Of a stretch of DNA of 64,000 nucleotides, positions 1 through 12,900 are shown piece by piece. Under the pieces are notes generated by a model. The model saw only the letters and a program-made list of their open reading frames with translations. It searched no databases and was not told the DNA's origin. The position numbers and the translations under genes were made by a program. Source of the DNA: Tubiluchus corallicola (lineage: Eukaryota; Animalia; Priapulida); contig JAQGDQ010000239.1 of the NCBI GenBank assembly GCA_030141605.1, forward strand, positions 62,001-126,000. The letters run 5' to 3'. Within the stretch, counting starts at the first letter, position 1. Each line of letters opens with the position of its first letter.

Positions 1-3000
1 ATATATATGTCTGTTGACAACTGCTTATTAACTATTTCTTGGAAATTTACATATAATAACTCGGCGTGCATATCCCTTAATATTTCCAGCATAACAACTT
101 TTATAAGCAACTTTAAAAATTTCAGAGTTTTCCATCTTTTTATTTTTGTACTCTGCCTTCCCACTAGTGGTCTACTTCGTCTGTAACGATCTTTTTTATA
201 AAAAAATGTTCTTGTGAGTGACATAGTTTTTATCAACGGCAACAATTCACCTTTATTAAGTCTCCAAATGATGATTGTCGTCACCTTCATACGTGTATAC
301 TTAATTGTTTACGTGATAAAATTTAAATTTTGATGCTATCTAGCAGATCTGTAACATTTCATTTGGGTTTATTTAAGTACGTTACAAATCGATATTGATT
401 TTTCCGAAGGCAGTCTTTCAAAGCGGAAAGCAAAGTTACAAGTGATTAGGCCAAATTGAATGTTTCTGCTGTTCGGATAAAGTTTGCATCGTGGAAACCA
501 CCTACCCTCATCTTGTATTCAGTCATTAACCACTTGCAGCTTTGTTGATTTGTATTCAGTTGACGATTCTACATGACTTCAAATTGCCTTCAATACGTTA
601 ATGAAAATGCACGGCTTGTAAGCGGGTACAAGACTCTTAATTGTTTTCTGAAAGTCTTTCGTCGAATCATTCACTAGTTTCAGTAGTTTGTGCAATGCCA
701 CTGTTAACTCAACCAAGGCAAGTTGGTTCGTGTTAAATAACTAAAAAGTGAGTTATAAATTGTAGTCTATATGACACACTCTGTGCAGTCAATGAATGTT
801 AATCATGCTTATGGTAACTATAATTAAGAAATCAACTTTTGCCTTATTAATCACGCTAACTTCGCCCATTGCATCTGTTGCTCGCCTTTATGGTAGATGG
901 ATGGTACTAAATTGCCACAGTGCTATATTGATCTGTGAATATTTTTGTCTGTCAAGTCATACCTGCGTTACAAAATGTTCAGCATGGTTGGGTAGGTTCT
1001 TATATTTTGTATTAAGAAAGTTACGGAACAGGTTTGCTATAACGTCTGACCGTCTGCTATTGCTGATTTTATCTGTCCAAGTGCTCTTCGGGAGACCCCA
1101 GCTTTGGATACAAAAAATTATGTAGCGAAAGAACATGATAAAGCTGAGTAAACTGAATAAAAATTGATTAAACCAAGCTTTTAAGGAGTTTCAAGCCGGC
1201 TATGATGCTGATACTTGACAAGTAATCGATTACTTTCCTGCATTTTCCAACTTTAACTGGTTTTTAATAGTCACGTGTTTAGTTTCTAGATTCACCAGGC
1301 GTATAATTTCTCACTGTTTCGCTGATGGCTTTTCTATGATCTACTATCTGCTTGCCATCTTGATTCTTTCTTGGCGTCATGTGTTTTCTACTTAAACTGC
1401 AAAGTATAATATTGATACTTGAGTGATAATAAGCTTCAAAGATTTGCTGCAATAGATAGGTAATTATGATAAATTGGTATGATGCCATTATTTTTTTTCA
1501 ATTTTTGTGTTTAACTGCTTAACTTTTAAGATAACATGATAGGAAAAGTAAAATTTACACTATGTAAGGAAAATACAAGAAATCGGGAAAACTAGCTGTT
1601 AGCCTATCACTCAATGTGCTTTTATAAGCGATACTACAGTGGAAATTCATGCGACTTTCTAAATTGGTAAATGTTTTTTCATTTATGACAAACACAGATA
1701 TAAAAAGGGCATTTTAGTAGTTTTTCATCAATTTCTGTGTTTTTTTTACTTCAGCAGTACTCGCAATTTGTTTTTTTTCAAATAATCTTATCAATATTTT
1801 TACTTTTTTTTAATTGCTGGAGACTGAAGCGTTTCGCGGAGTTCTACTTCCACTCTGCAAGTCTGCACTTTCAGCAGATCTAAATTATTGAAATTTCATA
1901 GATGTAGTATATCGAGTTTATCTATATAAAAATTATTTTCATTTTATCATTCAATGTAAATCTCTTATTGGCTTTACAGTTCATTTAATTTTAAAGCAGA
2001 GTGAGAATGTAAATTGTATAATGGAACTTCGCGAAACGTTGCAGAAGTTCAGTTAATACGGTATAATGCAAAATGGCAGCTTTTCTACAGCGATCAGTGG
2101 ATCAAAAAATTACAAGACACGAATGATATGAACGCTTGCGTAGCCGTACATGACATACGTTCGGTTAAGAATTTATGTCACATACATATAAGTAGTTTAG
2201 TCACTTTAGTCCTGACTTTTGGTCCTTTGATCTTGGTCTATGATTGTACAGCCATCTGCAGATTCGTGTGATTTACGAAAAAAGGTTTCACTGCACGATG
2301 TTGACTTAGAGGCTTAATTAGACACTATAAAATCTACATTGCCTATAATAAATAGCATCTTCGTGTCAGAAATGACAGATTTGTTATAAGCATTGCCTTG
2401 AGCGTACCAATAAAAATATCGTATTCTTCGCAAAAAGCCGAAGAATTTTTGCCAATATTACTGCACATTTACTTTGAGAAAGAAATTGCTGGATCACTTT
2501 TGAAAGCAATTTGAAGCGAGATGAGACACAGAAATTTGTGATGAATGGTAGAGTTTACTAGAAATTGGCAGTTATTATTGATTCCTATATTTGTCTTGTC
2601 TTCAAGTGGGAAGAAAAATTGATTGACTGCGATTTTGTTGATAACAATGCAGGATGACAATCACAAAATCTTTATTTTGCTCTGTAATTAGTAGGTGCAT
2701 GACTTGAATTAAGTGGAAGCAAGCCAACTTTTAATTGTACATTCTGTCCAACTATCAATCTTTGATTAATTAATAAAAATTCCCACAATAAAGGAAATGA
2801 TAAGGCACGAGATTTTTGTCCGATATTGTGATCTATTGTCGGTGAAACAAATGAAAAAAAAAAAGATATCAAATAACTTAGAATCACAAACAATTTTATT
2901 TTGCAATAATAATGCATTCAATAATTGTGCACAGAAAAAAACACAAAAAACTGTATTTCTAATAAAGTAAAGAATCCACGGCACAGAAAAAAACACGAGA

Positions 3001-4360
3001 AGGAACACAATGAACACAAAATGTCACAAAATGGCTTGAAAACTGTAATAAGTTTGAGTTTAATTCACTATTGATAGGTAGATAATCTTAAACTTAAGAA
3101 AGAAAATTATAAAGTAATTGATGTAATTTACCAAAGATTACTCTAGTCCTAAATTTATTACAAAAAATTAATCTAATAAATTAGTCAATTTTTCCCTTAC
3201 AATTTTTCGCTCTGTAGAACGGATACATAGCTATACAAGTACCTTTTTACACTGCCACGAATTTATTTAGATTCTACTATTTACCAAGCTTTTGTTTGAA
3301 TAAATTGATTCTGCATATTTTTTTGCATTTGATGGCAAAAAAAGTAGGAATGGAGAATAGTAGCAGGTCAATTGCAAAGTCGTTCAACATCTTAATGGTT
3401 TCTAGATTGCAGTCTTGGGTACATAGTTTATTTACTGACGTAACGACAACTTCTGCTATTTCTCATTGTTGTTCGTAATGTGAGCGCTGGGAAATCATAT
3501 GGTGAAAGTGCCGCTTTATTTTCCCATAAAGAGCCTTTGACTGATTTGTGACCATGTTATTGCTTTCTGCAGAAAACTACGTTGAAATAGAATTTCGTAA
3601 ATAAGAGCAATAATCAGCAGTTATATGTGCACAGGATCGTGTTATTCTTAATGGTGATGTTATTGCCGCCGTCATCGTTGTACTTGTGACTGTTACTGCC
3701 GCTATTGTTTATCTATATCTATGATGCGTTGTTCTTAACTGTGTTAAAATAAAGCATAGATCCAATCAGTTTAGCTGCAGAGAACGAAACTAATGTGCAA
3801 AATTTTATGTAGTTCAGCTATTAGTTACTGATCTAAAATCCCAGTTAGTTGCTGGAGGACGGTTTAATGCATTATGCATAGCTCAGCTGAACTCTGCGGG
3901 CTTCCGCAGCTTCAGCAATAACATGCACTAATAATGATATTCTGAAGTTCGTTTGATCCCTGGTTAGAGTAGTAGCGAATACCACGCGAAATCTTAATGA
4001 TCCATAATGTCGGTATTTAGAGTTAGGTAGATGCTGTCTTATGAGTTATGACTGAAAGGACAAACAATCGGAGTTGTCATTGTAATTATATTTATGACCT
4101 GTGGGAATAAAAGCATACGTCTGTACTACATTTTGACGACGATAAATCACCCGTTGTGATTTAATTGTAAACGGGAAAACCTAAACAAAAATTCTGTGAT
4201 CCAGAAATTTGGACAGGAATAGATGCTTGCGATTTCAACTTGTTTTGTCCGTTAGGTACAACGCACTTCCAAATCTTCTATACTTTCATTTTCTGGTTCA
4301 TTCGCTGTATAACATGAAAAGCCAAGGTTTGTTAATTAAGTCAGGCTTCAAATTGTACTT

Positions 4361-4448
4361 TTTTGTGGAAACTAGTGTATATTTTTCTTTTTTTATAAAT
4401 GAATAATCTATTTATAAAAAAGAAAAATATACAATAGGTTCCACAAAA
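4361..4448. repeat. Near-perfect 88-nt inverted repeat (about 40-bp arms, 9-nt loop)
   Basis: Left arm TTTTGTGGAAACTAGTGTATATTTTTCTTTTTTTATAAAT versus reverse complement of right arm TTTTGTGGAACCTATTGTATATTTTTCTTTTTTATAAAT. Confidence 0.9.
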
Positions 4449-6007
4449 TCTTGGAAACTACGAAGAACTTTTTCGTGGTTTTTGCCTTGGTGACCTGGTG
4501 TACTGTGCGGTATTGGAAATCCTGTTTTCCGTTTTAAAACAGCACTGTCTTTAAATAATAAAAAAATTTACAGGAATTTTTTGTATATTAGCTTTGGATA
4601 ATCAGTTGTAGTAGTTGCTTGGGGCCAGAATTTCCAGTGATATTTTAATGGAGAATGCTATATAAACAAACTTGTTTGGGTTATCTATGGCTATTCTAGT
4701 CCAACAATTTAAATATGCCATTATATAGTTCATACTTGCTAATTTAATATGCTTAATAAATAGTAGTGATGCCCTAAAACCAGTAACGCTTTTGACAGTA
4801 CATGTATCTTAAAATTGCTCGATTTTGAAACAGCTTTTGCGTAGATTAACAGCCGAATTGTGCACATTGTTGCGTATCCATTAAGGAATATAGACTATGA
4901 TAATTTGTAGACGGTTATATTGATCAGTAAAATTGAACGGGAATGATCTGTGCTGCAGTTGTGAAATTCAAACAAACACCACGAAAGCGTACGCGCTTGC
5001 TTGATGTATTTCAGTGACTCCTGAAGTCTGCAATACTATGTTGGTGCTGGCAATTTCAGTGTAAAATTTCTGTAGCGAAGAACGTCAAAGTTTTGCGTGT
5101 GTGCACGCATTAGAGTTCTGTGCTACCTACACGCTAATTTGTCAGTGTTTCCTTGGGTCTAATCCATTTCAGCGGCAAGTGGTGCTGTTTTAAAATTATT
5201 ATTTGGACTCCGCACCGTTGAGGCTGTCTATATAATTTTGCGTTGGCTGAGTGACACGTGATATTATGAATGAGATTTTTCAGGATTTCTCTTTGCTGAT
5301 AAGCAAGAGGATCTGGTATTATGGTTCCTGTTTTTGTTACGTTTAGCTTTTAGCTTTTGTTTTATTTCTTGCAAACATTTTAGTTGACATACTGTTACGA
5401 TATTCAGCAGGGATTTTCTCAACAGAAATGTAGCTCTCTGGACGGAGTTGCAACTTCTAGTGTTGGGTTAAATTAAGTTTAATGTAGAAAGTAAATTCGT
5501 TTTACTTATGTTGATTGTTGAGCAAAGTTTTTCAAAGATGAATGAAGCCTCATTCACACAATCGAGAGCGATATTCGTTTTCGCTTGACAGCCACGTTTG
5601 TGTGTAAGCATTACAAGCATAAGCGGAGTTTTATTTTACGTATACATAGTCGTAACTCATGACAGTTATATTCAACACGGTAAATCACTATTGCCATAAA
5701 TATGAACTGGACATGAATTATGCATTTATCTTAGTTCGGCACAGCAGCTGTATGTGACAGGTTGTCCCCGTGTACAGGCAAATATTTATGAAAGGAATGA
5801 TTATTATTATGCAAAGATTTTTAAAGTTAGTCAACATAAATAACATGCACAGATTTTGTTAAAAGCGAAAATTTTCTGATAAACTTTATCGTATATTCTT
5901 AAAGAAGTTGCTGGTATACAAGGCAAACGCATATAGACTCCATATTTTATGGGCCTTCTTTTTATAAGCTGTCTTTCCTAACTTTTTTGCTTGATCTTGT
6001 GCTGTAG

Positions 6008-6098
6008 TTCCTAGGTCATCAGAAAAGAAAACGAAGTAAAATCTTCGAAAAGCACTGTGATTCATACATGTTACGGCTTCATCTGTTGGACAAATAAG
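6008..6098 (+). other. Candidate non-coding 5' UTR exon of EXTL3
   Basis: Branch-like CCTAAC plus pyrimidine tract and TGTAG acceptor ending at 6007; donor AAG|GTATTA at 6099. Confidence 0.45.
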
Positions 6099-6540
6099 GT
6101 ATTAATCTAGTGACTGCTTTTATTTTTTTCTTGTTTTTCTTTGCCTTCCCTTTTCCAAGAACATGTTTTCTTATATTTGTTAATATTCCTGTTAATAATG
6201 TAGCATGTTTGTGTGACGAGCATTTTTATTATTGGATGGTGTGTGTTTGGTTGTTATAGCCAAAGATAAACACGCCTTAGGCTGCATCTCTGTTATTTTA
6301 TGAACCATTTGGGAGATGTTTGTTTATTTCTTATCATAATACTGTCATTGATGTAGAAAATAACATTATTTCTAATTGTAGTGATAGTAGAAAAACTATG
6401 GAACTTGCAAAAAGTGTAATTGTTAAACAAAGAAGTTCCTTTTTGTAATAAAGAATAACAGATTGCGGAAAAACACGTTTGTATAAACTTGTAGCACTAT
6501 ATTTTGTGGTTGCTTTTTTATTTAATTGTTTTTTTTTCAG

Positions 6541-6939
6541 ATTTGTGCTTTAGGCAAGTTGACAAAACCAAGCTGTTCTGGTGTAGCTGCTTTTTGATTG
6601 ATCAGATCATTGCGCAAGATTTCAATGGCTTCCTGCTGATGCTGACTCAAGCCAACAGATAGCTGCTTAACTCTTCTTGGCTTCACGAGGGATTGTGTGG
6701 AGTTAGCACTAATGCCATTAATTATAAACGCGTAATATAATAGCCCTAATCAATGCTATTACTTAGGCTAGTGCGGAAGCTAGTGGGAAGCGAGCAGCAG
6801 TTGTCAGTTCGCATGCTTTTCATGGTGCATGTGATCTTTAAAAGTGATGCGATACAGTTCAGTTCGGACGTCTAAACCGGAATTAATCCACGTTTGTATC
6901 GTAACCTGAGGTGTTAAATTAAGAAGAACGAAAATAAAA
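6541..6939 (+). promoter_or_regulatory. EXTL3 5' UTR part of the large first coding exon, containing 8 upstream AUGs
   Basis: Strong acceptor TTTTTTTTTCAG ending at 6540 and no obvious donor before the ATG at 6940. uATGs at about 6625, 6639, 6712, 6753, 6813, 6822, 6829 and 6847. Confidence 0.65.
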
Positions 6940-9900
6940 ATGGTGGAATTTCATTTCTCACCAAAATGCAGCGGTTGCTATCACTACTGGTTGTCACATA
7001 TACGGTTAAAGCATCTGCTTATCATGCTTTTGCTAATCCTGATTGTCACTCCCTTAGTGGCTCATTATTATATATCTAAAGCAGAGGGATCATCACAGGA
7101 TGACCTTTATCGAACGCGCATCAAACTTGACACAATGAAAGATGTGTCAAATCTTAAAGCAGCTGATTTGAAGATGCGAATTGAAGAGCTGCTACGTATC
7201 AAAGCATCCGTTAGTAATGAATTAAGAGAGCTTGAAGCTAAGCGCCAAGCACTGCAAGTAGACATATCACAGCAGCAAACAAAGGTTGATGAGCAGAAAA
7301 TTAATATTCAAAAACTTGACCAGGAAATGAATCTGCTGACTCTTAGCATCGAACAGGCTAAATATGCTCATCAGGAGGCACTAGAGATGCACATGCCAGA
7401 CATTCGGGCTCCTTTTAAAATTCTTCCAGAACTAGATGCTAATGTAGATGTAGCTCCACCTCGTTCTTATGGCAAGTGTCAGTTTCATACTTGTTTTGAT
7501 TTTTCTCGTTGTTCTTTACTGTCAGGATTTCCGGTGTATGTGTATAATGTTGAACAAACTAGTGATATTGTTGGGCATGTGGAAACATCTGTGAAAAGTT
7601 CTCTTCGCAATGCATTTTCTCAAAGTCCTTACATTACATCAAATCCAAGCATTGCATGTGTTTTTGTTGTGCTTCTGGCTGATGTTGACACATATAAACT
7701 ACAGTCAGGACTGCCTTTATTGCCATATTGGCATGGCGATGGTAGAAACCACATTCTCTTGCATTTATCGCATGGAGTGAGAATCAGTTATGATCCATTT
7801 CAAGGTGTAAAAACAGGAAGAGCAATTGTTGCTCAAAGTAACTTTTTTTATCATTATTTTAGATCAGATTTTGATATGGTAATTCCAGTATTAAGCAGAC
7901 TGTCTCATGGTGATGTGTGGGCTGAGTTGCCACCACAAGTTCCGGCTCGCAGGAAGTATTTGCTTTCATATCAGGGAAAATACAAAGAACCAGTGGTGTC
8001 AGGTTTTGAGGATGAATTGAAGGATAGCCATAGCAAATCAGTCACTTTTAAATCAGATCATGAGCAGTCTTTAGTAGAAAATTACATCGTAGAAACTCTT
8101 AAGAAATTGGCAGCTTCATCTGATGATAATTTTTATTTTGATTTCTCTTGCCATTCTGATCTACAAGATCGTTTTAGCAGTTTTGATGGTGAATGGGATT
8201 TGTGCAATAATGACGAAAATCGTGCATCTATTTTGCAAAATTCGACATTCTCGCTGATAATCACGCCAAGCAACAATAGTATTGTGTCTACTGCCTTGAC
8301 TAGTAAAAGGCTGTTTGAATCATTAAAATATGGTGCTATACCTGTGATATTAGGTAGCATTAAATTGCCATTTTATGAGCAGGTAAACTGGCAAAAAGCC
8401 TCTTTCTTCTTGCCACGGGGTCGCATTACTGAGCTGCATTTTTTCTTGAGGACAGTTACTGACAACGACCTGCTTGCAATGCGCCGACAGGGTCGTGTTT
8501 TCTGGGAAAGATATTTCTCATCCACTAAGGCTGTGATCGATACCATACTGGCTCAATTACGAACAAGATTACTCATTCCAGCTGTGCCTGCAAAAGACAT
8601 GCCCTCTCCGAGTGTTTTCAACTCAACTTTTAAACCGATTATATCAGATACCCTTCCGCTAGACCAAGATATTGAAGAAAATGTAGGACCGATTGAACCA
8701 GCACATTCGTCTGCAAAATTTCGCAGAAATTTTACATGGTCCAGTTTGAGTGATACGTGGAACGATATTGCTGACCCATTTTATCTCTATCCGTACACGC
8801 CATTTGATCCAATTCTACCAAGTGAAGCAAAGTTTTTGGGTAAGCAAGTACAAGTTCTTGTCACACAATTAATACATTTTCAAAGTGAAAGTGTTAAATC
8901 GGGCTGTGTAAAATGACTTGATGGTCCATTGGAAAACGAAAAACCTTCTTTTCAAACATGTTGTTAGCCAGTGAGATTTTTCAGAATCTGACATTTCAAA
9001 CCCATTTATAGTTAATTGTTAATTATCATAGGCTGGTATACACCTGTCATTTTATAACGGCAATATGTATTAACCATTAATTTGTAATACAGTGTTTGTA
9101 AGTGCAAGAATGTTACAGTATAATAAAAGCCATGCCCTTGTTAACTAACGCTGCCCTTTTCTAGTTTGTTTTGTTTCTAACTGTTTATTTACACTTCAGC
9201 TTAGCTTCTGCCATGTACAAATCTTGTCGGGTATCTGTTACGATCAAGCCGAAACAAATAGCTGGATTCAGAAACTGTATTGATTACACCTTGAAACTTT
9301 TTCTGTCTGACTGTTTTGATTTTTTACACTTTTAGGTGCACCTTGCATCAATTCCTTCCACATATTTGAATTTTATCAGGAACACAAAATTGTAAAACCT
9401 TTTTTGATGCGGCCATGTATTATAAAAACTGCCAACCATTCGACTATTAAAATGTAATGATAAGTATTGGTGAAGAGATAGACTCTTCAATTTTCCAAAA
9501 ATTGTATTAAAAAAAATTGTACTATTTTTAATGTTTCCATGCCACACTTTGTTTTGATAAATTTCTGGAATAATGTCTTGCTGGATTAAGTTTGACAAAA
9601 TGTGAAAAAATCTGAAGAATTTGTCTGTGTAGGAAATGCTATTAGCATCTTTGAAAGCCCTGTTGGTGTAATAAGAAAAGCTTTTTGTGAAGCATGTTTT
9701 AGTTTTTTACAAGTTTTTGCGATTTTTTTGGATGCCTTGCTTCTAAAGTATTTTAATTAAATATCCCTAGCTTCTCAGCAATCTACTGAAGCAGCAAAAT
9801 GTTGACTTCCTTTTAGAATGAAATTACAGCATATTTATTTATTTGTCTAGAATCTGCTAATTTCATTGCAAGTTAGGATAGGTATTGTAAATTATGGTCA

Positions 9901-12900
9901 AAGAATCTGAATCTGCAATAGCTTTGTTTTCTAATCAAGTGTTAGTTTCTTAAATCTGTGCAAATGTTTATTTGCTTAATTTACAGGTTCGGGTTTAGGA
10001 TTCCGACCTATTGGCAAAGGATTGGGAGGCTCTGGGAAAGAATTTAGTGCAGCACTTGGTGGAAACTCTCCCAGGGAACAATTTACAGGTAACAACATGT
10101 TGCAGGCACATATACCTTTATTAACCTCATCCTCATGTACACATATATTTACAGTTAACTATAGGTGTAATTGCTGTACATATCTGCAATATGTTTTTTT
10201 GTAAGATTTTTTTTATATCAAATTTGATGTAAACCGGAATCCACCTTTCAACTACAGACCTTACTTAAAAATGACGTTTGTAGCAAGACTGTGCCTTGCT
10301 CATTACCAAGGCTCAGTAAGATGAACCATTGTACCACCAGAGGTATCTTAGTCATGTTTTCACCACATATTTCCATCACAGCCGGAATCAGTTAGACAAA
10401 TAAACCTGAGCAAGTAAGAGTCATTCACTGAGTAGACTCGGTGTAGCTTAACTTTAGTTGCAAAGCACATGCACATAACTGCTTGGCTATATACCATGCT
10501 TTATGAAAACTAAGAAATGAGATAAATTAAAATACCCATTTTGTTCATCTTGATCTTCTTTTTTTATAAATTTTGGAATTTTCGTGTTTTTTGAGAAAGA
10601 GAGAAAATGACCTATAAAAGTTGAAATTTTGCTAACAACAGCAATTTTTTTGCCAGAAAGTGTGGCCATTTTAAAACATACTGTACTGTTCTTTTTAACT
10701 GTTTGGCAGTTTGTTTAGCAAATGAGTGCTTCAGTAGATAGCTTGATTTTGTTTTCGATGTCCTGTACATGCTTTATGAAAACTTATGTTAAGCCAGTGG
10801 CTTGCACTTTTTTTTGTCAAGTGACTCTACCCAAATCTGTACGTTGACTCTTGTTGGCCTGATTACCTTTTCAAAAAAACTAAGGCTCTGCAAATTTGCA
10901 ATGTATTGTCACAAAACGTTACAGAGTATACTAGAACAAATTCTGCATTGATTAATAGCAGTTGGATTTTCGATCCACCACTTTTACTTCAAGATGATAG
11001 AGGTTACATTCTTTTTGATAAAAGCAACAGATCTTCATGAAGCTTTGTAAGAATACACTGAAGCAAGTTTTGCATCTACTGAATGAAATTTTTTGCCATA
11101 TTGAATTTGTTTTTTTTTATTTTTCATTTTTGTTTGGAGTCGGCTTTTTATTTACTTTCTTGAATTTGCCGACAATAACATCATTTTTGAAAAAAGCCTA
11201 AGGTTCCGCCAATTTGCAATGGATCATCTTGAAACTTTGTTAGAACGAATTCTGGATCTTTGGTAGTGTCTGATTTTCAACTGTCAACTTTATTTCAAGT
11301 TGGCTGGCATTGATGTCATTTTCTAATCCGAGTAATTTATGATTGATCAGTCCTAGCAGCATTAAAAACGTTATTATTCAATCTTTGTGTCTCGGTGAAG
11401 TTCATCAATATTAAGTTATCATTTGACAATAATGCTTATTATTTTCTCATCAAAATTTAATATCTAATTAACATTAATTAACTTCCCTTCATTTATATTA
11501 TTGTCTAAACATTCCCTTTAGTAGGTCGTTACCACATTGCTACTGTTATGATATGCAATTTGCTAATGAAATAGACACAGATGCAAATATCAATTTAAAA
11601 TTTGTATTAAGTGTTATCTTTTCAAGGAAAGTTCGTTGTCACTTTTATCAGTGAACGCATATTGATATCAATGTCTTTGTTATATTTTTGTGAATTTTGC
11701 ATAGTTGTGATGTTGACGTATGAAAGGGAAGCTGTTCTCATAAATTCTTTAGCAAGGTTTCACGGTCTCCCACATTTGAACAAAGTACTGGTGGTGTGGA
11801 ATAGTCCGAAACCTCCGCCAGATGATCTGCGCTGGCCTGATATTGGTGTTCCCATTTTGGTAAGGAAATCCGAAGTTAGTGTTACTGCACTGCTTTAAGT
11901 GACATTAGCTGTTATGTTAATAGAATAACTCTTTCTCTTTTGTATCTATAATAAACTATAGCTTTATAAACATCTCATATTTAATATAATTGTAGTATTT
12001 CAGAAAATGTTTTTATTATAGGTCCACGCAGAAATATTACATTAAGAATTTTTGTATTGTAGTTGTAGTAATTTTTTATTATTGTTAATTTGGTAATTAT
12101 TAACTGTTCTTTCTCATAGGTTATAAAAACGTCAAAAAACAGCCTGAACAACCGGTTTTTGCCATACGATGCTATTGAAACAGAAGCTATACTGTCAATA
12201 GATGATGACACACATTTGCGCCATGATGAAATTGTATTTGCTTTTAGGTAATATATTGTAACAGCCTCAAGTAATGGTAACTTGCAAGAATTGTTTTGGA
12301 GTGAATCTTCTTAGGTTTTGTGCTGACAGCAAGTTATAACTTTAATATATTGTAAAAAATTGTGGGGTTGCTTGTCCACTGCTACAGACAATAAACTTAT
12401 GTGGCAACTATAGGCAATAGCCTTAGCTCACCAGTATCCTGCAAGCAAGTCGCAGTGTAACCATAATTTTTGCGAAAGTGGAGGATAGACACAAATAATG
12501 CCTGAAAAATGAATTACAGACTGGATTATGTTCGATCGTGCAATTCTCCTTTCAGTTATATATGCAAGGGTGTCTCATTAGGAGCATGGAGTTTTCAAGC
12601 ATTGATACACAGACACACATTTGACCTTGTATGTTACAGGTTATTCAACAGTGATAGGTTACAAACAAGCTTATTTTAATTAATGTTGGCATAGTTATGT
12701 AACTAGTACATTAACTCTAGATTAACTTCATAAATATTTATCAATTTCTTCATATCGGAATAATGTTTTCTTAATTATTGTGTGCACTTTGTACTGTGTA
12801 CTGAATCTGTTGTGCAGTAGTTGGGCGGCTGTAATTTTTTGCTTAGTTGTGACATGGTTACTTAGACAGTAACTTAGTTTACAAACTGTGCACAATAGGA

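Noticed and set aside
796-4406. Short ORFs of 60-109 aa upstream of EXTL3
   Set aside because: No recognisable domains or splice-consistent structure; expected by chance in AT-rich DNA or decayed repeats.
8840-8916. C-terminal tail (KQVQVLVTQ...) of the 658-aa ORF
   Set aside because: It is read-through into intron 1. The donor G|GTAAGC at 8840 joins to the conserved [10 protein letters not shown] exon.
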